Shown here in pieces: positions 1-13,073 of a stretch of 64,000 nucleotides of DNA. Source of the stretch: Ptychomitrium polyphyllum. Its lineage: Eukaryota. Position 1 is the stretch's first letter, and every line of letters starts with the position of its first letter. Position numbers and translations under genes: made by a program. Under the pieces are notes generated by a model, which saw only the letters and a program-made list of their open reading frames with translations, was not told the DNA's origin and ran no database searches. Where the stretch lies: the NCBI GenBank assembly GCA_973851085.1, contig OZ316775.1:13454001-13518000 (forward strand). Reading direction: 5' to 3'.

Positions 1-1309
1 GTGCAAGCACATAATCAACCTGGCGGTGTGAGCAGAAGCAGCCGAGGAAATACACCATTTAGACGCATTTAACCTCCGGTGCTTGGTTATGTCTTTGCAT
101 TCCTATTTTCAAATTCAGAATTACAGTATAATATCAGGTGTCGGAGTCCCTGGTCGGAACTCGAATATTCAGCACGGGTTTGTATATATTGCTTGCTTTG
201 AATATTTAAGTCCATGGTATATTGACAGTCGGGTCCTTCTTTTAATGAAATCGTATGAAATGGTCATTAAATATGGTTAATTAACAGTAATCATGAGTCA
301 CAAAATGGCACTAGAATATGAGGCTGGGTGTGATGTTTCATGCACTCCGTGAAATGATCATGTTAAGCAATAAATACTGTTTTAGGTAAGGTTGCATCTG
401 GTTGGGGATCGATGAAAAATTAAGCTTCAGCGAAAAGGTAGACGTGGTGTGATTTCGCATGTGAATCTCCATCAGGTGGGAGCTGAGGGTTCAAATGACC
501 ATGGACCGGAGAACAGTCTAGGTGGAAGTCTAGGTGGCCCACATGAGAGACCTGGAGCTTTGGAACCAATCAAAGGCAATTCGAATCGCGCTCCGGAGTT
601 GCTTCTGGAATTCGGGATGGTGATAATAAATGGCGAGCTGCATTGCGTGGTATGAATTGAAATCGTGACTCCCGCTGATGTCTTGGAGAGAGTTGTGCGG
701 ATAGTCCATGGACTGCCTTGGCCTCGACGTCGTTGCACGCCGGTCAGAGAGTTCTCCATCAGTACCTCCAAATCTCACTCTTGGAGTGTGACCACTGTAT
801 AGATCACCAAGAGTCCGTGGTCGTCGAGTTACGCTTAATCAATCCGAAAGGTTAGAGTTTAGGGAGTATTGAATTCAGGTTGGGACGTTTGGGTGAGGGT
901 TGGTTGTGGATTACTTGAACATCAAGTATGATTCTCGTGCATAAAAGGGCCTGATGCATGCTAGTTCATTGCGGGCCTCGAGCTTCAAGGTTGCAGTACC
1001 AACAACTGCACGGGGCACCACGTAGCCAGCTTGCAGGTCGATGTAGTTGGGATCAATTAGTTGCATGATCCTTAAATGCAGTACTTACTTGTCGTTGTCA
1101 CTGCCGAATCAACGTTGCATCTGCAGCAAAGCATTCCGAAGTTTGTTGGTGACAGTTGAGAGTTTCTGATTAAGACCCGACCATTATTTAACCACTACTG
1201 GGTAAAGTTCTATACGGTGGTTCGTTTAGCAAGCCGATTTTCTGGATGAGTGCAGAGTTAGAGATTGTGGATTCAAGCTAGTGGGAGCTTTAGGGAAAAG
1301 CTGGTCATC

Positions 1310-4300
1310 ATGGTGAAAGTGGCGAGCACTAGCGGCAGTAGTGATACTTACGTGCCGAGGACGCTGGAGTTCACGCCGACGTGGGCTCTTGCAGCGGTGG
1401 CGACGGCGTTTGTCCTCATCTCCATGGCTGTGAAGCGCTTCTTAAACTTTCTTGCTCATGTACGAATGGAAGAATCCACCATTTTCTGCCTCACCTTTCC
1501 ACTCCTGCTTCTGTTTTCGAAATGGCCGGATATGATTCTAGTTCGCAGCTTGCGCCGAAGATGTTAGATGCTTAGTCGATTAGTGCATTAATGCTTTGTT
1601 TCTTTTGATCATTTTAAATTTCATTCGGTCCCACTACAGTATGCTGTCAGTTTGGAGTATTCCAGCTTGAAATTGTTGAAATCCTTGGCTACAGCTGATT
1701 GCATTGAGCGTTCACCGATGGTCTTCTCATTGGGTTTTCTTGCGCGCAGTATCTCCGAGAGACCAATCGAAAACCACTTCTCGCGGCCCTGCAGAAGTTG
1801 AAAGATGGTGAGTTGTTGCTCACATAGAAACCAGTGTTTCCACCCTGGAAAATTATCTTTCTTGAGAAGCATTTGGACTCACCATCATCTGGACGTAGAC
1901 GTACTAAATCCTTCGTTGAAAGGTTAATTCAGACTGGCTATAGCACATTCTTCTTGTCAATTATAGTTTTTCAGTGTACGCGACTTTCTAATCCACCCAG
2001 TTGCAACAGTTAATAATCTAGCTTGAATCACGTTGGTTCACACTTTATTGCAGGCAATTAATGAAGTTTTGACTGGAGGTGAAATGTCTTGACGAAGTGA
2101 TGACTTTCGATTGCATTCTGTTGCTGTGGCAGAACTTATGTTGATGGGATTCATTTCGTTGACCATCACCATCCTCCAAGACCCAGTGTCGAAGCTGTGC
2201 GTTCCGTCCTCCGCCTATGACAAATGGACCGCCTGCGATGTTTCTCAACGACCCGGAAACTCAAAAACTGCAGATTCACTGGAGCCAGTCTCATCCGAAA
2301 TGCCCACCCGACGACTCTTGTCATCTGAACCAGCGGCCAACATATGCCAAGCTGTACTGTTTCCTAAGATGAACAATCCTCTTGCAAACAACTCTATTTC
2401 AGATTTTTAAATGTTGTCTTGAAACTTGAACGATCTATTAAGGAAATTGTAAGTTTTCAATTTTGATTCAGTTTGTGTACTTGCTTATGAAACGCGCAGG
2501 GATATGAGCCATTTATTACGACAAATACGATCCACCAGCTGCATATTTTCATCGTGGTTCTGGCAGTGGTGCATGTGGTATACTCTTGCATTACCATGCT
2601 CTCTGCTCTCTTTAGGGTAAGGAGCTGTCAGGACCTTATTCTAGTGACTTCTGTGCTAATCAACTGCATTTCTGGAATAAATTTGAAGAAGCTGAGCAAA
2701 CTAGTGATGAAATGATTTTAGTATGGATGATGTCCATGCAGGTGTATCGGTGGCGGAAGTGGGAGAACGAAGCTCACCAGGCAGCAAACGATACAAGAAT
2801 GCCAGGTGTGTGTGTACGAAGCTAACCCAACTGTTTTCCAGAAACTTCTAACTCATTTCGTTCATTAATTCCAGCTGGCTTGTTGTATCATATAGTCACA
2901 AAGTTGATTCTTATTGTCAAGCAATGTGGGTCCGAACGCAAACACCATACGAATTTCTGAACCTGTCGACGTGGACTTATTAATTTCATTTAATTTTTTG
3001 CAGACTTGATAAAGAATTTAACGCTAAATCGGCAGTCAACATTCGTGCGGTACCATGCATCAGAGCCCTGGAGCAGATCCAGATTTGTGGTGTGGCTAGT
3101 GTGCTTCTTCCAGCAATTTTACATCCCTCGTTCTGACTACCTGGCCCTTCGCCAAAGTTTTATATACGTGAGTAACCTCCACAGATACCGTATTATCTCA
3201 CAACACTCCAAATTAGTGAATTCTCAGTGGATAGCATGAGTTTAGTACTTTTTGAGACAGATCGATTGAATACATGAACTGGCTATGGACTTGCAGACTC
3301 ATAATCTGAAGGATACTTACGATTTCCATTCATATATGGTCCGGACCATGGAGGACGAATTCGAAACGATCGTTGGCATTAGGTATGCTGATTGCAACCA
3401 GATAGGAATTCTTTACTAGTAGTCATGTTTTCTTCTTTGCAATGTTGTTGTATGTATTCCATCACTTTATTCTAGTGTTGATTGCGGTATATTTACTGTG
3501 TTGATGTTGATTTTGTGTTGTTGCAGTGCGTGGCTATGGGGATGTGTTGTCGTACTATGGGTCTTGAATGTGGACGGTGCCCAGTTATATTTCTGGACTT
3601 CGCTCATCCCCGTTGTTGTAAGTAGCACTTCAGCACCTAAGAGGATGTTTCTCTTTTCAGTTTGAATCTAACTAATCCTCTTGTCCTGTGAAGTAATTTT
3701 ACCTAATTTTTGTTCTATTCTCGGCACTGGTTTCAGATAATTTTCGTCATTGGAACCAAGCTGCAGCATGTGATTGCAACCCTAGCCCTGGAGAGTATGA
3801 AAGTGCCGGGACCGCTCGTGGCCGTTTCCATCAAACCTCGCGACCAGCTCTTCTGGTTCAACCGACCGAAGCTGCTTCTGTCCGTCGTTCACTTAGTCCT
3901 CTTTGAGACTGCCTTTGAGTTCGCAACTTTCCTCTGGCATCTGGTAAGCCATCCCACCTCTCTCTTTTGCTACTGATTAACGAGTAATCAACGAACATCA
4001 CTCATTTTCTACTTATTCGAACTTTTCATGTATTCTCCTTTTGCACTTATTTCTTGCATCTCTTTACCTTGCAGTGGCAGTTTGGGTACAACACCTGTCT
4101 TTTAGAGAAGAACAAGTACTACGTCTGGGGCCGTCTCATAATCGGGTATGTACACATCTCTTGAAACTTTTTGAATTAAATCTTTTGTAGAGCTTGCGAA
4201 TGTTTTGATATACTTGGAGTGTGAGTAGGATGGCGTGACATAGAAGGCGGTGTTTGAAGTGGAACCCACTGGAGGTTATTTGTTGTCGCTTTTGGTTAAG

Positions 4301-5097
4301 GCCATCAAGTTGAAAGCTAGCACTGCCAAGGTTGGTGCAGGTTGGCTGTCCTCCTGTTCTCCAGCTACAGCACACTGCCCCTCTACGCGCTGGTGACACA
4401 GATGGGCAGCAATTACAAAAAAGCCGTTCTGTCGAAGAACGTGGAGCGAGTGTTACGTCAATGGCACAAGGACGCGAAACAGAGAGTGAAAGCCAACTCC
4501 GGTGCAAGCGACACGAGTGCTCCGTCCACCCCAAGTAGCAGCAGCCTCATCCTTCATTTCAAGTCGAGGGTCACTCGCGGTTCGCCATTGGATCGTAAAA
4601 TACTGAACAGCTCGAGTTTTCAATCACGAATAGATCATGCCAGGATGGAAGAAGGCTCTCATGGCAGGTATGTACAAGATACCACTGAGATTCTAAACCC
4701 CTAATTTACACAATATTGAAGTCGCTGTGCATTTCCTCTGATTTAAGTGTCGATTCCACAATCCTGATATTGAGTTTGTGTTGCAATGCACGGCAGTGTA
4801 AGTGAAAGGCTAAAGGCAGAGGATGTATGGGGACGGCCGTTACGAAAAGGACCATCAATACCAGGAACGCTGCGAGCTAGCCACTCCATCAAAATTGAAA
4901 ACGAAGAAGCAACACCTGTAACAACAGCAACATCACCTCCAACAACGTCTACACCAAGGTCAAGACCAACGTCTCATACAATTGGAGAGGTTCAGTTCCT
5001 GCCACCCCACCCGGCCTTCAACCATGGCCGATCAGATGTGGTACTGCAACGCCAAAGCTCGACTCCAAGTTTCGAAATCCAACGGGATTACTCTTGA
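1310..5097 (+). CDS. MLO: MLO family seven-transmembrane protein, 12 exons, about 618 aa
   Basis: Exons 1310-1459, 1750-1807, 2133-2353, 2500-2616, 2742-2805, 3004-3167, 3297-3382, 3527-3617, 3737-3943, 4075-4145, 4341-4667, 4797-5097; all GT-AG and phases join in frame. MLO hallmarks: [105 protein letters not shown], and the CaM-binding-type segment [10 protein letters not shown]. Confidence 0.95.
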
Positions 5098-6166
5098 TTC
5101 ACATCAGCTGCTCTAATTTCGTGAAGACACAAGACACAAGACAAGACACCATGCACAGCGATTGTATAACGGAAGTCACACTCAAAGAGGTTCACATGCG
5201 CAATCAGCAGCGAAGGGACAAGGGACATGTTAGCAACAACCGAACAAACCCGGTCATCATCTACAGCTATTAGATCAAGTGTAATTCTATGGAAATCGAT
5301 GCCAGATGACCAGCAATTTTCAGTTCAGTCTGCCAGTTTCATAAGCAGAAAGAAAGATAACGATGATAATCAGGGATTGGCGATCCCCTTGAAACATTTT
5401 ATGTACAGATTCAGGTTGAAGGACATTCTATTTAATTAGGAGGTACTGTAGATAATTACTTAGCATCTGCCATTGAGGTCAGGAACACAGTAGCAAACCA
5501 TGGCGTACAAAGAACAATGTAACGTATATTTGGTACAATGGGCAAACAGGGTAGGTCAAAGAAATAAAACTCATCAAAAGAGTCTACACTCACATCTTTC
5601 AACATACGATTGAAGAAACTACTTTGCTGATCACACGTGCCAGTTCCTCCTATTCCCAAGTTTTGAGATATGAATGAAGTATGGTTCCTTCTCGTTAACT
5701 ATCGCGGTACGCAGGAAGTACACCCTTTCAGGTAGTCCCATCCCATTGTGACCTGGCCCGTTCCGTCATGTCCTGTGTCTGTCTCTCTACTAGGCTTGCG
5801 ATGGAGTGGCCCATCCTATGAGTTCGTCACTTGGTAACTTCCTAACTTCGCAGCTTCGTAACTTCTCATCTAGGGTTTCTTCGCTTACGCTGGGAGTGCA
5901 CTGGCTCGCACAGCGGATGGCTCCTATGGTCGCGCATGCCTGCGTGATGGATGCATGAGTCGGGACGGTTCTCTGGCGAGTTGGGGTTCTCTGGCGAGTT
6001 GGCGTTCTAGGCAGTGGAGTTTCGATGGGACTGGTGTTGTCTGCGACTCGATCGGTGAAACTTCGGGGCTCTGCGGAGCTGCTGAGTAGATAGTTGGTGC
6101 TATTCTATCATGTGGGGCATACTGGAGCTTTTTAGGTTAGGCAGCGAGTATGTTTCGCTATGTTTC

Positions 6167-6808
6167 ATGGGATGCTTCGGCTCCAAGGCTGCGAGCCACC
6201 CGTTTGACGACCATTTGGAGGATCCAGCGTCGATCTCGCGCACCACGGCGTTCAGCGTGAGCGAGGTGGAGGCGCTGTACGAGCTGTTCAAGAAGATCTC
6301 AAGTGTGGGGGTGTATGACGGGGTCGTCAACAAGGAGGAGTTTCAGTTGGCGCTCTTCAAGCAGAACAAGAAAGAAAGCTTGTTCGCGGATAGGGTTTTC
6401 AATCTGTTTGACGAGAAGCACAAGGGGTATCTGGAGTTTCCTGAGTTCGCGCAGGCGCTATCGGTGTTCCATCCGAATGCGAATGTGGAGGACAAGATCG
6501 ACTTCGCCTTCAGCTTGTACGACTTGCAGCAGCAGGGGTACATCGACCGCTCGGAGGTGAAGCGGATGGTGGTCGCGACACTGGCGGAGTCGGGGTTGAA
6601 TTTGTCGGACGATGTGATCGAGGAGATCATCGATAAAACGTTTTTAGAAGCGGATACGAAGAACGATGGGAGAATTGACAAGGAGGAGTGGAGGACGTTA
6701 GTGTTGCAACATCCCTCTCTGTTGAAGAATATGACCTTGCCCTACCTGAAGGACATCACCACTACTTTTCCGAGCTTCATCTTCCATTCTTTGGTTGAAG
6801 AAACTTAG
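6167..6808 (+). CDS. CBL: Calcineurin B-like (CBL) calcium sensor, single coding exon, 213 aa
   Basis: Uninterrupted ORF from ATG 6167: MGCFGSK (myristoylation/S-acylation type N-terminus), [17 protein letters not shown], four EF-hand regions (e.g. [26 protein letters not shown]) and C-terminal [23 protein letters not shown] (FPSF motif). Confidence 0.96.
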   Translation: MGCFGSKAASHPFDDHLEDPASISRTTAFSVSEVEALYELFKKISSVGVYDGVVNKEEFQLALFKQNKKESLFADRVFNLFDEKHKGYLEFPEFAQALSVFHPNANVEDKIDFAFSLYDLQQQGYIDRSEVKRMVVATLAESGLNLSDDVIEEIIDKTFLEADTKNDGRIDKEEWRTLVLQHPSLLKNMTLPYLKDITTTFPSFIFHSLVEET

Positions 6809-8418
6809 AAAGAGGTTTTCAGCTGTCTTTGGGCTTGAATTATCTGGGGCGCCATCTGCACGCTCGTCAGGTGGCTGATTGAGCGTTTCTGAAGCTGCCT
6901 CATCTGCGTGACGGCGATGACTGCAGGGACAGGTGATGATATAATCCAGAAAAAGTAGCTTGTCGGAAGCATTCGAAGCCAACTCGTACTTGGATTTCTA
7001 TTGCGCGAGGTCAACGTATGACACAATTTAGGGGCGTAATGTGGATCGCTTAGGACTATTTTCTGGGAGACTAATTAGATATGAAGATGCTGTTGGATGG
7101 ACTACCCGTGTGTGAAGCGTCGGATCCGTGATAAGAACGGCGATTTGGAAGTGCAGCGTCGCCGTCATCTTAATGGAGCAATTGTGAATGTGGAATTACT
7201 CTTTCCTTGCAGCCTTTTTAGACGAGAATATCACAGTTTCCGTGGTTTTTATTTGGCAATGTGTTCCCCGAAATGTTATAGTTGTGCCTCATCTATACAC
7301 TTAGCTGAAGAAACGTGTCAGTTACTGCATAATAGGCCTGGTTGACCTATTATGGCAGGTCCTTGTTACTATGTTGATAGATCTCTTTAATCGGTACTCA
7401 TTCTTGCAACTAGAGGTGCATTTCCCACGCAGGGGAGTCATGTAGGTTTGAGGATACGATTGCTGCAGATAGCTTAATCTTGTTTGGCTTTGTTTGATTT
7501 GACTCTGATTCTGTTGATGAAAAGTTTGTCAGGACTTAGAACAACTCAGAATTCTTCTTCAACAAAGTGGCTTCAGACTTAAACTGATGCGTATGTCTTT
7601 ATTCTGACATCCCCATGATGTTCTCCAGCGGAGGGTCTCATAGTATTCAAGCTCGGTCACACGATACCAATACAACGTACTGGGATTGAGCATGCTAATG
7701 CTCGAACCCTTCGATTGTAATCAAAATTCGGATTTGACGATACTTTTTGGTGGAGCCAGCTATCCTACATAGAGCTGTGGGGTGTCAATACTAGGAGGAT
7801 TCCTCTGTATAGGAGAATGATGGTGGGCAGTTGGCTGTAAAGAGATGATTTGATCATAATGTATTGTACCTATTCAGGTATGCCTGAGGTGACAAGTGAG
7901 CTCTTGAGCTTGGGAAGACGTTCATATTTAGGTGTTTCCTCTTTCCTATGGAAGTTTTATTTTGAAAATACTTTGAAATTCACTCTGTTCTACCTTGATT
8001 CGTGATCGGCTTCTGATCTTCTGTACAGTGCTCTAAAATTGAAGTTGAGCGAAATTTAAATCCATGGGTTTTGACTTGTTGATTGTAATGGGATGCTGTA
8101 CTGCAGCGGAGAGTTAGTTTGGTAACGAATTTGTTGTTGAAATCCGCAGCTTCGCAGTACAGGTAATGGTCTGCTTCTGGTTGTAATGCACTGGGCAAGG
8201 TAACTATTAGCATAGAAAAGCATAATGAAGAACCGATTATAGAACATTATCATGAAGTTGAGATTGGAGTACTACGAAGGTACATGTAAGCATAACTTCA
8301 ATGTTGTAGGTACAGAAGGCAGTTGAAGTTCCAATCTGTCTGCTATTCATTGCAACTTGTGTGAATTCAATTGAAGCCTTGATACAATTTTTGACAATCT
8401 GTGAAGAGAATATCAATG

Positions 8419-10160
8419 CTAAGGGAGGAGAACGAGAGTGTGATCAAATCCACAAGTGGCTTCTGCTATCCTGTGAGCTTCGAGGCATTCTAGAGGAAAC
8501 GGAGAAGGCTCATCAGCAGGGCTGCCCAATCCTAACCTCCCGTTCTTCCCACTCCCCCAAACCCGGAGTTCTCCTTTGGACGTCAAAGCCAGCGAATGCG
8601 CCCGCCCCCCGGTCAGCGCTACCACATCCTTTCCTTCCAAGTCTTCAACAGATGCTGGCAGAGGACTATCACGGCGTCCATCTCGACCAAGCTGGTGACC
8701 TGCATTCCAACCCCACGAATACACCGATCCTTGAGTGGTGACGGCCAACGAGTGGCCCAGGCCTGCACCAAGATGGAAAACTCTTTCCATGGCGAGCGGA
8801 CCTTGAACACGCTCCACTAAGTTCTTATCTGTGAAAGAATTAATGCTGGACTGTAGGGTGGAAATTGTAGTGGCCCTGCCGAGTTGTCCTAAGCTGTTGT
8901 CACCGAAGGTCCAGATCTCTCCTTGCTCTGCAGAACATACATAAAAGCTTCACAGAACTTGAAAAACTTGAAAGCATTTTATGATATTGTGCACTAGGAG
9001 AGGGAATTTGTGCTTGACAAACTAGAATAGGATAAAGGAAAATCGCAATCTTCATGACACTGCCCTCCAAGTAGAAATGCACTGTAACAGATTAGAAAAA
9101 GTTGAGCTAGGGCAGTGTTACCGTTAAGTGTCAAAGAATGGTCCATCCCACAACTGATTTCTGTCATATGATGCGATCTGAGTGCATCGACACGAACTGG
9201 CTCCCAAGCCAGAATCGGGCTCTTCTCTTTCTGCATGTCTTCTAGAACCTGCTGGTAGGCTGCATTCTCAATGGCTTCATTGCCCAGATTCTTGGACAGA
9301 GAACTGGCTTGGGGTTCAGAGTGGTAGGGCTGGAATCCGAGGCGGCCATTTGCTGCATAGCCCCAGCTATAAACATGACCTTCAGCTGTGAGTGCCAGAG
9401 TGTGACCCCATCCCAATGCTACCTGACAAGCTCCACATACAAGCATTTGAGAGAAAATGGTGAACATATGCAAGTCAGAGAAACATGCATTATAATCTTC
9501 AAGCGGCTTCGATGAAGTCATTTGGGAACTGTAAGGGGGCAGTACCTATTCACCTGCAGCACATGTTGCCCTGAGAGAGCCTCCACTTGCTGAGGGGTTG
9601 GAGCATGCATGATGTTGGCGCCTAAACCAAGCTGGCCTCGTTTGGACTTTCCCCACGCCCACAATGATCCGTCTCTTGCAATGGCCATGGAAACAACCCC
9701 GGAGCCGCTAGCCACTACCACTTCAACGCTCTCTAAACCTCGCACCCTTTGCGGTACGTGCCATTTGTCCCTGCAAACGATAAACATTCGCTCATGCAAT
9801 CAGCCGTTCTTCAACTCAGTAGGATATGCAGCAGCACAAATGGGAAAAGCGGGAATTAAAATACCTGGAGTTTGAATCGTTTCGCTCACCAAGCTGACCT
9901 TCGGAGTTTCGGCCCCAAGCCCATAGCTCCCCTGTTTGCGACACCGCCATGGAATGGTAGTGTCCTGCGGCCACGCTCACGATGTCTCCCGGTAAACCTT
10001 TGACCTCTCCAGGCTCGTATGCATCTCCGCCGAAGCAATCCGTGTGTCCGAGAGCGCCATGGCTGCCATCTCCAAAACTCATCACCTTCGTCTCCCTTGC
10101 AAGAGTAGTTGTCAACCCTCGCGCAAATTGCATAAGCCCACCTGGGTATGGACCAACCAT
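8419..10160 (-). CDS. RCC1-repeat (RCC1/UVR8/GEF-like, RUG2-like) protein, 4 coding exons, about 440 aa, probably organellar
   Basis: Exons 10160-9865, 9770-9554, 9422-9122, 8927-8419 join in frame. RCC1 repeats: VMSFGDGSHGALG, AAGHYHSMAV..GELWAWGRNSEGQLG, WAWGKSKRGQLGLG, VALGWGHTLAL, IWTFGDNSLGQLG, YSWGWNAGHQLG, VWGSGKNGRLGLG, CGFDHTL. Start codon is uncertain, and the RUG2-like call is from recalled similarity, not a search. Confidence 0.9.
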
Positions 10161-10643
10161 CTGCACACTCAATATTGATGTTCGTGTAGACTAACGCAAG
10201 GAGGATTCAATGTGCAGAGTGAGATCTAATCAGGAATCGGAGTATGTGAAGAGTGAATTACCCTCACGCCACGCATCCCTAGAGTGAGAGAATTGGAGAC
10301 CTCGAAAGACACCTCGCATTGCTACGAACTCTAGTGAACTGCGCCCGATTCCAAGTGAATTCTCGCCGCCTTCAGGTTGCGACTTTGTAACTTCAACGGG
10401 ATCGCGAGCTTCAAATGCTCTTGCTCTTGGTAGCGGAAAGTTTTCCCCGCCCAACCCCTCCCCCCCATGCCCCAGAAAATCTCCTTTGCAAACCTTACCA
10501 GGATCGCAGCTTCGTAAACCTTAAACCCTGAATCCACACCTGCAGCTCAAACTTCTATCTCCTTGCAGCTATATTTCAGAATGCGCGTGATAACCAAGTT
10601 ACCATCATCAGTCTGCCAATAGATTGAAACCGACGCACCATGC

Positions 10644-10674
10644 CACGTCATTCACTTCTTCACCTGACACGTCA
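10644..10674. promoter_or_regulatory. Pair of ACGT-core (ABRE/bZIP-type) elements upstream of the RCC1-like gene
   Basis: GCCACGTCA and TGACACGTCA lie about 20 bp apart, roughly 500 bp upstream of the predicted start. Motif match only. Confidence 0.3.
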
Positions 10675-11537
10675 ATATGTTTCATATGGACATCAAACAT
10701 TTCGAATCATGTTTGTCACTCCTGCTGTAGCTACTCTCTTGAATGCACATTTCTCTGCGTGCACGGCGAGGTATTGATAGTCAAGCGTGGTCCGCAAATG
10801 CTTGGTCTTCTAGTCACTTGAATTGTGTGTAATCGCAGCCTTGACCTAGTAGCACAGAGAACTGATTTGGGTTTGTGCAGAATCGAGAGATTGAAAGCCA
10901 AGAGGTTGAATTATAGAATATTTAATTTTTGAGGATGCATGTTATGGCAAACATCGGTAAGCATGAGTTAATTTTTATAATTTATAAAGCGTGTTGAAAT
11001 CAAAAGTCTGCATCCAGGGCTTGCAAGTATCGGTTTATGGAGTACTTTTGTACAGATTCCTCTCCTCTCTTACGCGCACATAGGGTTCACATTGACAGTA
11101 CAATAATTGCGAAAGACAATTTACCATCTTTCATTATACAGATGATCTTACAATTATAAAGTCAAGCATACCGAGTTGTCCTGCTCAAGGTTGACGACCT
11201 CCTGCTACATTCCCAAGTAAAGAGTTTGACTAATGGTCAGCCTGTACGAAGCATGCTCACCTAAATTGTATCCTTAATAAACATAATAGCGTACTATAAC
11301 TGCGATAAAAATATGTTAGAGCGTGACTATGTGTAATCCTCTAAAAGCAATTTGCCAGACTATTTTAAGTCTTAAAATTTTACACGATTCAATTCATTGC
11401 ACCGTTGCGCAGCACCTGCTTCAAATGGATAGCTCTAGATATCGTGGGAGCCAGCTGCAGATAAAGCTCCAATCTCAGGTTTGAAATGTTCAAATTATTG
11501 TGAACCCGTGCTAGGCGTGAGGAATCAAGTTTGGGAT

Positions 11538-13073
11538 TTATCCAATCAGCAGTCTTATGAGGATAGCTAAAGTCGCACCAATCAAGATGTTAAAAATGTT
11601 CGAGATATCATTTGTAATCTGCACCACCAACAGCCCACGTAAACATATAAGTAGAAACCAAAGAGGACAACTCCTTGATCCTTCAAACATCCATGCCAAA
11701 TGTTTTACACAGGAAGAAAGAGCAAGAATCTGATGCTTCTATAAGGTGCCACCTTCATCACTAACTCCGAAACTGCAGCGATAAGAGATTCAGGACAGAA
11801 AGAAGGCATACCCATTCGGAGCCCTTTTGATCTTGAAATGCAGCTCCAATATAACTCTCACACAGATTAGCAACTTGAGCAGCTACCACACATATAACAG
11901 CGCCTGATACATCAGTCTGCACACATGAATTGCACCGGTTTCAAAAGTGCAAAAATCTTCAGCGGTAGATACTTCAATGTAGCGCCAGAACTAAAAGCCG
12001 AATCTAAAATATGCTCTTTCAGACAAGACATGGAGCCTCTCAAGTAAAATGAAGGTTGTACCATGGTAATAATACAACCAACGAAAGCCAGAAAAATGGA
12101 AGCCACGACTCCTGCAAAGGTGCCGATCACGCTCATTGCTCCATCTGTGCCGCGAGGCACTACTGTCATTGTAGTCACCAAGTATCTGCCCGCCAGCAAT
12201 CAACAGCGAACCACTCTTAACATTAATCACATTACTTATTGCATTTTATTATCAGTCCACCAAGCCCTTTGAATTTGTCAGGGACAGAGAGCATGAGAAG
12301 GAACTAACGCGGTTTTGCCAAAAGCTTTGCCAATCTCGCTGCCCATCGTGTCGCTCAGCTTGGTGCAGAAGCTGGCCAGGAACCCTAATCGCCAGAGGGA
12401 CACCCATGCGGGACCGCCGACGCCATGAATGGTTGCAATTGCACATAAAGTACCGGCAGTACCGGAGCCCCACACACTCCCCGGTCCCCTTCTCCCTCCT
12501 CTCTTCTCTGCGATTCCTTCAGCGTCCTTCAATTTGTAGTTCACTTTAGTTGCAGCTGTTCCCTGCATGCGCTCAAGAGTAATTTTCCTCAGGTAGTGCA
12601 AAATTTACATCTAAGCCTCATACATCCTTAAGACTCGATGAGGGTGTTCCTGAAATCCCAGAATTTTCAGAAGCGGTCATAGAATGAAGAGAGAATCAAT
12701 TGTCGGCTGGGCAACTGCACATTTACCTACAAAATCCCCTGAGCGGTAGCCGAAGCTGCCTGTCTACAACAAGTAGCGACATGATTGATGCGATCAAAGA
12801 AAATTCGATAGAGCTACGATCACTTACAATAAGAAAGTAGAGAAACACGATGATGGTGCCCTGCCCGCCAAAAGCTCGGAAAGTGAAGAGACCCAACACA
12901 AACGCGCTCAGAACGCCAGGTGCCGAAAGTCCTACAACCAAAACAGGTGCCGCAATCACGAAGATCGTAGTGGTCGCAATGACGGTCGATTCCCAGCTCG
13001 CCGGCGCCGCAAAAGCTCTCTGCACTCCCTCGAAAATTTCCGCCAAACCCTGAGACACGTCCAGCGCTGCCAT
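11538..13073 (-). CDS. VTE6: DUF92/TMEM19 family protein, VTE6-like (phytyl-phosphate kinase), 5 exons, about 269 aa
   Basis: Exons 13073-12828, 12562-12309, 12185-12062, 11916-11812, 11618-11538 join in frame. VTE6-type blocks: GTAATKV..K.AEGIAEKRGGRRGPGSV, SFCTKLSDTMGSEIGKAFGKT, VVPRGTDGAMS, ANLCESYIGAAFQD..G.EWITND. The 5' end is uncertain. Confidence 0.88.

Noticed and set aside
449..830. Overlapping short ORFs before the MLO gene
   Set aside because: No recognisable domain or consistent splice model; may be the leader of a gene outside the window.
6110..6166. 19-aa extension of the CBL ORF in the track (MWGILELF..)
   Set aside because: It would bury the MGC myristoylation motif, so ATG 6167 is the better start.
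8830..8902. Apparent small intron in the last RCC1 exon
   Set aside because: It reads through in frame and encodes the RCC1 motif FGDNSLGQLG.
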